From: a bacterium
Lineage (GTDB): Bacteria > Bacillota_I > Bacilli_A > RF39 > UBA660
Assembly (NCBI GenBank): GCA_029099845.1
Contig: JAQXOT010000024.1
Span: 5,729 to 69,728 of the forward strand
DNA length: 64,000 nucleotides
Reading direction: 5' to 3'
Part shown: in pieces, positions 57,001 to 64,000 of the stretch
How positions within the stretch are numbered: the first letter of the stretch is position 1
How the letters are laid out: the number at the start of each line of letters is the position of its first letter
Translations under genes and position numbers: made by a program
Notes under the pieces: model-generated
Seen by the model: only the letters and a program-made list of their open reading frames with translations
Database searches by the model: none
What the model was told of the DNA's origin: nothing

Positions 57001-60000
57001 ACCAGCTTCATATTTTACAAAACCAGTAAATGTATATTCCCAGTTGTCATTAGCAGTAACTACTATTGCGTCTTTTTCTTCACCATTAGCAAATAATCTA
57101 ACTGTAATGCTCTCCGGTCTTTTTCCATCTTGATTAAAATTATCTTTCCAAATTTTCTTTCCTGAAATATCAATTTTTTCTATTTCATGAGTATTAGTAA
57201 TGTTATAACCAGAAACTTCTGTAGTATAACCATCAACGCTATCTTCTTTAACTGTATAATTAATTTCCTGACCAGCTTTATATTTAGCTAAACCAGTAAA
57301 TGTATATTTCCAGTCATCATTAGCAGTAACTACTATTGAATCTTTTTCTTCACCATCAGCAAATAATCTAACTGTAATACTACCAGGTCTTTTTCCATCT
57401 TGATTAAAATTATCATCCCAAAGTTTCTTACCAGCTACATCAATCACTTCAGGAATATGAGTATTAGTTATTGTTGTTCCCTCAATTGAAGTAGTATATC
57501 CATCAACGCTATCTTCTTTAACTGTATAATTAATTTCCTGACCAGCTTTATATTTATCTAAACCAGTAAATGTATATTTCCAGTTGTCATTAGCAGTAAC
57601 TACTATTGAATCTTCTTCTTCACCATTAGCAAATAATCTAACTGTAATGCTCTCTGGTCTTTTTCCATCTTGGTCATCATTATCAACCCAAGTTTTCTTT
57701 CCTGAAACATCAATTTTTTCTATTTCATGAGTATTAGTAATGTTATAGCCAGAAACCTCTGTAGTATATTCCTCAACGCTATCTTCTTTAACTGTATAAT
57801 TAATCTCCTGACCAGCTTTATATTTATCTAAACCAGTAAATGTATATTTCCAGTTATTATTAGCAGTAACTACTATTGAATCTTTTTCTTCACCATTAGC
57901 AAATAATCTAACAGTTATTGCTGTAGGTCTCATTCCGTCTTGGTTATCATTATCAACCCAAGTTTTATTTCCTGAAATATCAATTTTCTCTATTTCATGA
58001 GTATTAGTAATGTTATAACCAGAAATCTCTGTAGTATAGCCAGCAACGCTATCTTCTTTAACTGTATAATTAACTTCCTGACCAGCTTTATATTTATCTA
58101 AACCAGTAAATGTATATTCCCAGTTATTATTAGCAGTAACTACTATTGAATCTTCTTCTTCACCATTAGCAAATAACCTTACTGTAATGCTCTCTGGTCT
58201 TTTTCCATCTTGGTTATCATTATCAACCCAAGTTTTTTCTCCTGAAATATCAATTTTTTCTATTTCATGAGTATTAGTAATGTTATAGTCAGAAATCTCT
58301 GTAGTATATCCCTCAACGCTATCTTCTTTAACTGTATAATTAATCTCCTGACCAGCTTTATATTTATCTAAACCAGTAAATGTATATTCCCAGTTATCAT
58401 CAGCAGTAACTACTATTGAGTCTTCTTCTTCACCATTAGCAAATAATCTAACAGTAATGCTCTCTGGTCTTTTTCCATCTTGGTTATCATTATCAACCCA
58501 AGTTTTCTTTCCTGAAATATCAATTTTTTCTATCTCATGAGTATTAGTAATGTTATAACCAGAAATTTCAGTAGTATAGCCATCAACGCTATCTTCTTTA
58601 ATTGTATAGCTAATTTCCTTACCAGCTTCATATTTTGCTAAACCAGTAAATGTATATTTCCAATTATCACTAGCACTAACTGTTACAACCTCTTTTAAAG
58701 TATCATTAGCAAATAATCTAACTGTAATACTTTCAGGTCTTTTTCCATCTTGATCATTATTATCTTTCCAAGTTTTCTCTAAAGAAAGATCAATAGTTGC
58801 TGGTATATGAGTATTAGTTATTGTTGTTCCTTCAATTGAAGTAGTATAACCTGGAACATTTGTTTTTTCTTCAACTGTATACTTAATCGCATATAAACTA
58901 TCATTTTCATGATTTACAGCATATTTATATAAATCAGTAAATTCATAAGACCAATTTCCATCTTTAAGAACAAGCTCAGAAACTGCTACACCATTAGCTT
59001 TTAACACAACAGTTATAGACTTTGGTCTAATACCATCTTGATCATTATTATCGTTCCAAACCTTTTTACCTGAAACGCTAATCTTTTCCCTAGGATTTAT
59101 TTTTAATGTAACTGTAGATGTATTACTATATACATAACTTACATTATTATTTTTTTCAATAGTTGTTTCTATATGATAATTAAAGCTAACTTCACCAGAA
59201 ACATTTTCTTCAGAAACAAAAGTAAATGTTCCATCATCATTCATTATAAGTGTTCCTATTACTTTATTATCTTTTTTAATTTGATATTTATTATCATCAA
59301 CTTTTATAGTATTATCATCTAATTCAACTACGATTTTATCACTTACTGATATGCTAACATTATCTGTTTCCTTATCAGCATATAAGTTATCATCTATATC
59401 ATTAGTTAAAATAGATTCTCCATTAATTGTTGATTCTGCAACTCCAATATAACTAGAATTATCATTATAATGATCATCATTAGTTATTGCTGGAATATTA
59501 GCAGTTGGAGCCTCAAACTTTAAAGTTGCCTGATTATTTTTTAAATCTTTATATTCTTCGTATGGATTCTCATCAGGTATTGTTACCGTTAAAGTTGCAC
59601 TCTCATAATTAGTTGTTTTATTTGTATAAATACTTCCATGATACAAATCTTTAGCAACGACATTATAAGATAAAGTTTTTTCTTTACCTTGACCTCCTAC
59701 AACGTCTCCGACATTCCAAGTAATTGTCGTTGTTCCATCTTCGTTTAGAACATAAGTTGCACCCTGTTCTGCTAAAGAAGTCTTAGCATCATCTGTTAAC
59801 TCAAACTCAGCTGGTATTATATCAACAACAACACCATTAGTTCCAATAACATTTTTAGTAGACGTTTGAATTTTTTCAAATTCCTTTTTTAAATCTTCAG
59901 CACTCAAAGCCAAAGAATTTTTATACACTGGTTCGCTACCATCTTTGCTTACAGGATTGATAGCTGCAAGTTTTTCAGCTGCTGCTCGCTCATTACCAAA

Positions 60001-60795
60001 AGTAATAGTATAAACATCAGATTCAGCATGACTCTTTTTTAACTCATCTAATGAAGTTTTAGCAGCTTCTGATGGTTTAATATTAGGGCAACGGTAATCA
60101 TCATTAGTAGTCGAATCACTGCTACCATTTCCACAAATTATTGTTTCTTCTTTTCCATACCATGTTGTATATGTGTAATTATAGAAAGTTGGAATTCCAT
60201 CTGTTAAAATAATTACCATTTTTTGAGATTTTTCTCTAGCAGAATCAAGTAACTCATCAGCTTTAGCAATCCCTGCTTGTAAATTAGTACCACCATCAGC
60301 TTCCATTGACTCAATGGCACTAATTAAAGTTTGGCGATTAGCATATGAAGTAAAATTAATCGTTTGTTGAACTTTATTATCGAATTCAACCAAAGCAATT
60401 TGTACATTTCCTTCTGAATCTAGCATAGTATTGACAAAGTCTTTAGCACTATCTTTTAAGCCAGTAATTCTTCGATCTTTATCAACATGGGTTTCACCTC
60501 CTTCTGCATTTTCAGCCATACTACCAGAACTATCTAAAACTAAAACAATATCTAGTTCATCCATAGTTGACTCTTGTGTAGAATAAGGATTTCCGCCAAC
60601 CGTTAAAGTTACGTTTGCTAATCTACCGTATTCTAGATTTGTCTCGTCAAAATCATCAGTTACTTTTGTTGCTTCTTTACTAAGAATAATCTTACCAGCC
60701 TCATCCTCTGCAGATATAGAAAGACCAACACCAACTAGACATAATAAAATAGCTAAAAGTAAAAGATATTTTGCCTTTTTTGATACGTTTTTCAT
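54001..60795 (-). CDS. giant cell-wall-anchored adhesin: signal peptide, vWFA domain, 18 Cna-B-type repeats, PPNTG sorting signal
   Basis: Start at MKNVSKK (GGGGGAAGGA RBS). vWFA MIDAS DIVLVLDSSGSM..GGTNLQAG..IILTDG. 18 repeats of the W-x-D-x-N/D-x-D-G-x-R-P-x-x-I-x-V-x-L pattern, counted by hand. C-terminal TPPNTG, then a spacer, hydrophobic segment and the tail KVRN. Confidence 0.9.
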   Translation of the reverse strand: MKNVSKKAKYLLLLAILLCLVGVGLSISAEDEAGKIILSKEATKVTDDFDETNLEYGRLANVTLTVGGNPYSTQESTMDELDIVLVLDSSGSMAENAEGGETHVDKDRRITGLKDSAKDFVNTMLDSEGNVQIALVEFDNKVQQTINFTSYANRQTLISAIESMEADGGTNLQAGIAKADELLDSAREKSQKMVIILTDGIPTFYNYTYTTWYGKEETIICGNGSSDSTTNDDYRCPNIKPSEAAKTSLDELKKSHAESDVYTITFGNERAAAEKLAAINPVSKDGSEPVYKNSLALSAEDLKKEFEKIQTSTKNVIGTNGVVVDIIPAEFELTDDAKTSLAEQGATYVLNEDGTTTITWNVGDVVGGQGKEKTLSYNVVAKDLYHGSIYTNKTTNYESATLTVTIPDENPYEEYKDLKNNQATLKFEAPTANIPAITNDDHYNDNSSYIGVAESTINGESILTNDIDDNLYADKETDNVSISVSDKIVVELDDNTIKVDDNKYQIKKDNKVIGTLIMNDDGTFTFVSEENVSGEVSFNYHIETTIEKNNNVSYVYSNTSTVTLKINPREKISVSGKKVWNDNNDQDGIRPKSITVVLKANGVAVSELVLKDGNWSYEFTDLYKYAVNHENDSLYAIKYTVEEKTNVPGYTTSIEGTTITNTHIPATIDLSLEKTWKDNNDQDGKRPESITVRLFANDTLKEVVTVSASDNWKYTFTGLAKYEAGKEISYTIKEDSVDGYTTEISGYNITNTHEIEKIDISGKKTWVDNDNQDGKRPESITVRLFANGEEEDSIVVTADDNWEYTFTGLDKYKAGQEINYTVKEDSVEGYTTEISDYNITNTHEIEKIDISGEKTWVDNDNQDGKRPESITVRLFANGEEEDSIVVTANNNWEYTFTGLDKYKAGQEVNYTVKEDSVAGYTTEISGYNITNTHEIEKIDISGNKTWVDNDNQDGMRPTAITVRLFANGEEKDSIVVTANNNWKYTFTGLDKYKAGQEINYTVKEDSVEEYTTEVSGYNITNTHEIEKIDVSGKKTWVDNDDQDGKRPESITVRLFANGEEEDSIVVTANDNWKYTFTGLDKYKAGQEINYTVKEDSVDGYTTSIEGTTITNTHIPEVIDVAGKKLWDDNFNQDGKRPGSITVRLFADGEEKDSIVVTANDDWKYTFTGLAKYKAGQEINYTVKEDSVDGYTTEVSGYNITNTHEIEKIDISGKKIWKDNFNQDGKRPESITVRLFANGEEKDAIVVTANDNWEYTFTGFVKYEAGHEINYTVKEDSVAGYTTEVSGYNITNTHEIEKIDLSFVKIWEDNNNQDGARPSSIVVNLLANGSVVNTVEVSALDGWKYEFKNLDKYKNGAEVVYTVSEEAVKDYTSKVDGMTITNTHTPEVTEVSGMKTWKDNNDQDGKRPESITVNLLADGVKKQSIAVTAENDWKYTFTNLDRYANGKEIKYTVSEETVSGYTTEVSGYDIINTYIPEVTTVSGKKTWADSNNQDGIRPDKIIVNLLRDGELIKSTDVTAADDWEYTFTDLDKYRDGGQIINYTVTENAVAGYDTTIDGYDITNTHTPGTTEVSGKKTWVDSNNQDGIRPNEILVKLLADGKEVDSKSVSETDGWAYTFANLPEFAAGKKIVYTISEEEVSGYETSVNGFDLINTHVPELIEVSGVKTWDDNNNQDGMRPTTITVRLLANNEEVLSKVVTADTEWKYVFTDVPKYANGQEIVYTLKEDSVDGYTGTVDGMNITNKHTPITISINGEKVWVDDNNIDGLRPDSITVRLLADLEEVGFVKVSADNNWQYTFNDLPKYKEGKEINYTVIEDEVEHYEMSTDKDNKFIIVNTHSPKNVTVSGTKTWVDTENKYGRPESITVTLTGKIGEKVVVSESKEVTEADDWKYEFTDLPEYREGILVVYTVDEDDVRDYDKAVNGYNIINTYNPETLVISGTKTWSDNLDQDGIRPDSITINLLANGEVVATTEVTADSNWTFKFENVVKYANGVEITYTVEEVSVEGYTTEITGFDVVNHHTPETVSYTVSKVWNDQDNNDNIRPESITVRLIQDGIEIASQVIGEDDDWTYSFENLPKYRDGGITIVYQIVEDEVKGYTTTITQSVLQTNTNVTEVVITNTHENEKKEITINKVWDDSNNEQGKRPTSITVVLTGKVEDEVVVTEEIEVTEDMNWSYTLDNYDKYLNGVEILYEIVEKEVPDYITFYDGYTITNSYKAIGEITPPNTGIVIEYKDNNSYIMELVISLLITLTAAISLRLSKVRN
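56901..58790 (-). repeat. seven tandem 270-bp (90-codon) near-identical Cna-B repeat units inside the adhesin gene
   Basis: The marker string CAATTTTTTCTATTTCATGAGTATTAGTAATGTTATA (or close variants) recurs at 56901, 57171, 57711, 57981, 58251 and 58521, with a diverged unit at 57441. Period is exactly 270 bp. Identity looks above 90% by eye but was not computed. Confidence 0.9.
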
Positions 60796-60851
60796 TCTTC
60801 CTTCCCCCAAATTTTTTTCCTAAAGCGACATTGTCCCTAAAGTTAGCTCAC

Positions 60852-60880
60852 TATACTACACAACTAATCGACAAAAGTCA
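60852..60880 (-). promoter_or_regulatory. promoter candidate for the adhesin gene
   Basis: Minus strand TTGACT (60880-60875), 17 nt, TAGTAT (60857-60852), about 55 nt upstream of ATG 60795. Confidence 0.5.
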
Positions 60881-60924
60881 ACAAATATCGTCAAATTACT
60901 TATCTTTTTTAAGAAAAAAGTATC

Positions 60925-60951
60925 AAAAAATCTCATTTTGTGAGATTTTTA
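60925..60951 (-). terminator. rho-independent terminator after xseB
   Basis: AAAAATCTCA / TGAGATTTTT stem with 5-nt loop; T-run on the minus strand. Confidence 0.6.
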
Positions 60952-60955
60952 TATT

Positions 60956-61183
60956 TTATTCATCAATTTTAAAAGGTGTTATTTCTCCATCGTTGTTAAC
61001 TAATTTTGCAATAGCTTCTTCTGCACTTTTCAATTTATCATCGCATGACTTTGCAAGCTTCATTGCCTTATTAAATTCTTCAATAGCTAAATCTAACGGA
61101 ACATCCCCTGCTTCCAATTTTTTAACTATTTCTTCTAAACTAGTTAAACTTTCTTCAAAACTCAACTCTTTTTTCTCTGCCAT
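60956..61183 (-). CDS. xseB: exodeoxyribonuclease VII small subunit
   Basis: LSFEESLTSLEEIVKKLEAGDVPLDLAIEEFNKAMKL is the canonical XseB helix pattern; AGGAGG RBS. Confidence 0.85.
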   Translation of the reverse strand: MAEKKELSFEESLTSLEEIVKKLEAGDVPLDLAIEEFNKAMKLAKSCDDKLKSAEEAIAKLVNNDGEITPFKIDE

Positions 61184-61193
61184 ATAAATCCTC

Positions 61194-61541
61194 CTAACTA
61201 AAAATTATTCCAACTTCACCCATCAATATTAACCATAAACTAAATGTTGTAAATATAGATATAATGCCAAGTATAATAAAAATATTCTTATTATTTTTTT
61301 TACTCCTATAAATAACAATTATAGAAGTAATAATATTAAATAAATTTTCTAGCATCAAACCCCTAAAGAAATATTTACTATGAACTAAATTAAAAGTAAA
61401 ACTCTCCCCACATGTATCCATAGAAATTCCGCAAGGATCAAAAAAATCATAAAATATTAATCCATCGCACAAAACACTAATAACAAACAACGTTATAAAT
61501 ATAATTAATAAAATACTATATTTCATTTTCCTAGTGTGCAT
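61194..61541 (-). CDS. hypothetical 3-TM membrane protein inserted between xseA and xseB
   Basis: ATG overlaps the xseA stop (TAATG); an alternative start is MKYSILL at 61526; three hydrophobic spans; no family recognised. Confidence 0.5.
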   Translation of the reverse strand: MHTRKMKYSILLIIFITLFVISVLCDGLIFYDFFDPCGISMDTCGESFTFNLVHSKYFFRGLMLENLFNIITSIIVIYRSKKNNKNIFIILGIISIFTTFSLWLILMGEVGIIFS

Positions 61542-62794
61542 TAAATTACCTCTGTCTTTACTATACCATCAGAAAGTTCAATTTCCAAAAGATCACTTTT
61601 CTTAACTTCTTTTACTGAGCTAATAACTTTACCTTCTTTTTTAGTAATAGTATAACCTCTTTTTAAAGTAAGCAATGGGCTAAGCGCTTCTAATTTTGAT
61701 ACTAATTGTAAATACTTATTAGCCTTTTTATCTAATAATTGATAAGGATTTTTAAATATATAAGAATTTTTGATTTTTAAAAGTTCTTTTTCTTTAGTAT
61801 TAAATAGATTAACTGTACTATATTTTAATCTTTCAATTAAAGAATCAAAAATCATTTCTTTAGCTTGATATATTACAATTGGATTTCTAAAAATATTTCT
61901 ATTCTTAATACTATTTAATCTTTGCTGATAATTTTCTATTTTATTATTAATAGCAACATTAAGCCTAATTTTTAACTGATTCAAATGATTAACAACATCA
62001 CCATACTGAGGAACAGCCATTTCTGCTGCCCCAGTTGGTGTAGGAGCTCTAAGATCAGCAACAAAATCAGCAATTGTAAAATCAATTTCATGTCCAACCG
62101 CACTAATTACTGGTGTTTTACATTCATAAATTGCTCTGGCCACAATTTCTTCATTAAAAGGCCACAAATCTTCAATACTTCCACCACCACGACCAACAAT
62201 TAAAGTATCTAAATCATAATTTTCACTACGTTTTATCTGTCGAACAATATCTTCTGCTGCCTCTTCTCCCTGTACAAGAGAGGGAAATAATAAAACTTCA
62301 GTCAGTGGCCATCGCCTTTTGATGGTTGAAATTATATCTTTAATAGCCGCACCAGTTGGTGCCGTAACCACTCCAATTCTTCGTGGAATTTTAGGAATAA
62401 GTTTCTTCTTATTTGCATCAAATAATCCTTCACTTTCCAACTTTTTCTTTAATTGTTCAAAAGCTATATATAAATTACCAATTCCATCTTCTAACATATC
62501 AATAACATATATTTGATAGCCACCATTAGCTTCAAACACCGATATTTTACCAGTAATCAATACTTTCATACCATCAGTTGGAACAAACTTAATTTTCTTC
62601 GTATTAGAAGCAAACATAATAGCATTAATTCGACTATTTTCATCCTTCAAAGTAAAGTAGAAATGTCCTCTACTATGTGCTTTAAAATTTGATATTTCTC
62701 CTTTTAAAAACACCTCATTTAAATTAACATCATTATCTATCTTATACTTAATATACCGAGTAAGTTGACTAACAGTTATATATTTATCATTCAT
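61541..62794 (-). CDS. xseA: exodeoxyribonuclease VII large subunit
   Basis: Start at MNDKYITVSQLTRYIK; OB-fold N-terminus (GEISNFKAHSRGHFYFTLKD), catalytic core RGGGSIEDLWPFNEE, C-terminal coiled region. Confidence 0.9.
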   Translation of the reverse strand: MNDKYITVSQLTRYIKYKIDNDVNLNEVFLKGEISNFKAHSRGHFYFTLKDENSRINAIMFASNTKKIKFVPTDGMKVLITGKISVFEANGGYQIYVIDMLEDGIGNLYIAFEQLKKKLESEGLFDANKKKLIPKIPRRIGVVTAPTGAAIKDIISTIKRRWPLTEVLLFPSLVQGEEAAEDIVRQIKRSENYDLDTLIVGRGGGSIEDLWPFNEEIVARAIYECKTPVISAVGHEIDFTIADFVADLRAPTPTGAAEMAVPQYGDVVNHLNQLKIRLNVAINNKIENYQQRLNSIKNRNIFRNPIVIYQAKEMIFDSLIERLKYSTVNLFNTKEKELLKIKNSYIFKNPYQLLDKKANKYLQLVSKLEALSPLLTLKRGYTITKKEGKVISSVKEVKKSDLLEIELSDGIVKTEVI

Positions 62795-62823
62795 ATTACT
62801 CACCAACCCTAAAAATTAAATAT

Positions 62824-63225
62824 CTATTTTTCTTCTTCATGATAAACTTTATCCAAAACCCCATTAATCATTTTAGTAACAGCCTCATCTGAATAAATTT
62901 TTGATAACTCTAAAGCTTCATTAATCGCAACAATACTAGGAGTATCAGTATACTTAAGTTCATATATACCTAAAGCAAGTATTGCTTGATCAACTTTATT
63001 TAACCGTTTCATATTCCAATTATTTAAATATTTATCTGCTAAATCATAAATCTCATTCTTATGTTCAATTATTCCAAAAACACAAGTATTAACAAACTCA
63101 TTTTCTACTTCTAATTGTTCCTTAATCAATGAATTAACATCATATTCAATTTTAGCTTCCGCATAAATATTAACTTGATAAATAACTTTCATTATAACGT
63201 CTCTTAATTCACTTCTATTTTTCAT
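62824..63225 (-). CDS. nusB: transcription antitermination factor NusB
   Basis: Start at MKNRSELR (GGTGA RBS); ~133 aa helical protein with LNNWNMKRLNKVDQAILALGIYEL and INEALELSK motifs. Confidence 0.85.
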   Translation of the reverse strand: MKNRSELRDVIMKVIYQVNIYAEAKIEYDVNSLIKEQLEVENEFVNTCVFGIIEHKNEIYDLADKYLNNWNMKRLNKVDQAILALGIYELKYTDTPSIVAINEALELSKIYSDEAVTKMINGVLDKVYHEEEK

Positions 63226-63273
63226 AATAATCACCTACCTAATTTTATCATAATATTTCCTTAATTCATAGTT

Positions 63274-64000
63274 TTACTTTTTTTCTTTTACTTCTTTATT
63301 AATTTCATATAAGAAAGAAAGTGCCTCCATTGGTGTCATTTCCAATGGATTAATATTTTTAATTTTTTCTTCTATTGGATTAGTTTTAATTGTAACATCA
63401 CTTTCTGATAATTCAAATAATGACGTTTGTGTAAATGTTTCTTTTTTTACATTTTTCTTTTCATAAACGCTTAAAATATCACTAGCTCTTTCAATTAAAC
63501 TATTTGGTAATTTAGCCAAAGATGCTACATGTATACCATAGCTTTTATCAACTGAACCATTTTTAACTTTATGTAAAAATGTAATTTTACCATCTTCTTC
63601 AATGGCCGATACATGAACATTTTTAAGATGTTTTAAGTCTTTCTCTAAGGCTGTAAGTTCATGATAATGTGTCGAAAACATCGTTTTTGCTTTAATTTTA
63701 TCATGAATATATTCAAGTATTGCTTGAGCTAAACTCATTCCATCATAAGTTGCTGTACCTCTTCCAAGTTCATCAAATAAAATCAAACTATTAGGTGTAG
63801 CCTCACTAATTGCATAATTAGCTTCTTTCATCTCCACCATAAAAGTAGATTCTCCACTAACTAAATCATCACTAGCCCCAATTCTCGTAAAAATCTTATC
63901 AAATATAGGAATAGTACAACTCTTACAAGGAACAAAACAACCAATCTGGGCCATAATAACAGTAATGGCACATTGCCGCATATAAGTTGATTTACCAGCC
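63274..64000 (-). CDS. mutS: DNA mismatch repair protein MutS, C-terminal part (5' end outside window)
   Basis: The frame stays open to the window edge (..[24 protein letters not shown]..), so the ATG at 63981 is internal. Walker [12 protein letters not shown] and STHYHELT motifs of MutS1-type ATPase. Confidence 0.85.
   Translation of the reverse strand, partial: AGKSTYMRQCAITVIMAQIGCFVPCKSCTIPIFDKIFTRIGASDDLVSGESTFMVEMKEANYAISEATPNSLILFDELGRGTATYDGMSLAQAILEYIHDKIKAKTMFSTHYHELTALEKDLKHLKNVHVSAIEEDGKITFLHKVKNGSVDKSYGIHVASLAKLPNSLIERASDILSVYEKKNVKKETFTQTSLFELSESDVTIKTNPIEEKIKNINPLEMTPMEALSFLYEINKEVKEKK

Noticed and set aside
54150-59100. Regular ~270-bp periodic repeats that could superficially suggest a repeat-spacer array.
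   Set aside because: All units are in frame within one 2264-codon ORF and encode Cna-B folds. There are no short invariant repeats separated by unique spacers, so this is not CRISPR.
60771-61187. 138-aa plus-strand ORF covering the adhesin promoter region and xseB.
   Set aside because: It is antisense to the well-supported xseB and gives a low-complexity S/F/L-rich translation. It is a shadow ORF.

Overview
AT-rich (roughly 70% A+T by eye, not computed) chromosomal segment from an endospore-forming low-GC Bacillota; spoIIM, spoIIGA-sigE and spoIVB are present, and the lineage cannot be fixed from this window. I support about 60 protein genes, one tRNA and one intact IS element. Most of it is housekeeping: adhE, guaD, dgkA, murC, queH, mnmA, deoB, xerD, rarA, holA, alaS, nusB, xseA, xseB and a partial mutS. 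Transporters and regulators are interspersed. Main observations: (1) A 28-bp dif (XerCD) site at 32057-32084 coincides with a flip of coding-strand bias (26 of 32 genes on + to its left, 20 of 25 on - to its right). The window therefore probably spans the replication terminus. The dif neighbourhood also holds extra Xer half-site-like repeats, an ISLre2-like IS with a perfect 9-bp target duplication, and an octamer microsatellite. (2) An Ala-specific (GCU) T-box leader sits in front of two P-loop nucleotide-kinase-like genes rather than directly in front of alaS. These genes are packed without gaps against alaS-holA. (3) Two membrane-tethered XRE regulators with Cys-rich ectodomains flank a membrane-anchored WCPWC thioredoxin and share promoter-region sequence words. 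(4) A class B sortase island carries two candidate substrates, one a 2264-aa vWFA plus 18x Cna-B adhesin with seven near-identical 270-bp tandem repeats. (5) Three genes look interrupted by frameshifts, two of them at homopolymer runs, so sequencing error and pseudogenisation cannot be separated here. I did not recognise a CRISPR array, prophage, biosynthetic cluster or canonical defence island. The candidate systems above are inferences, not demonstrated novelties.
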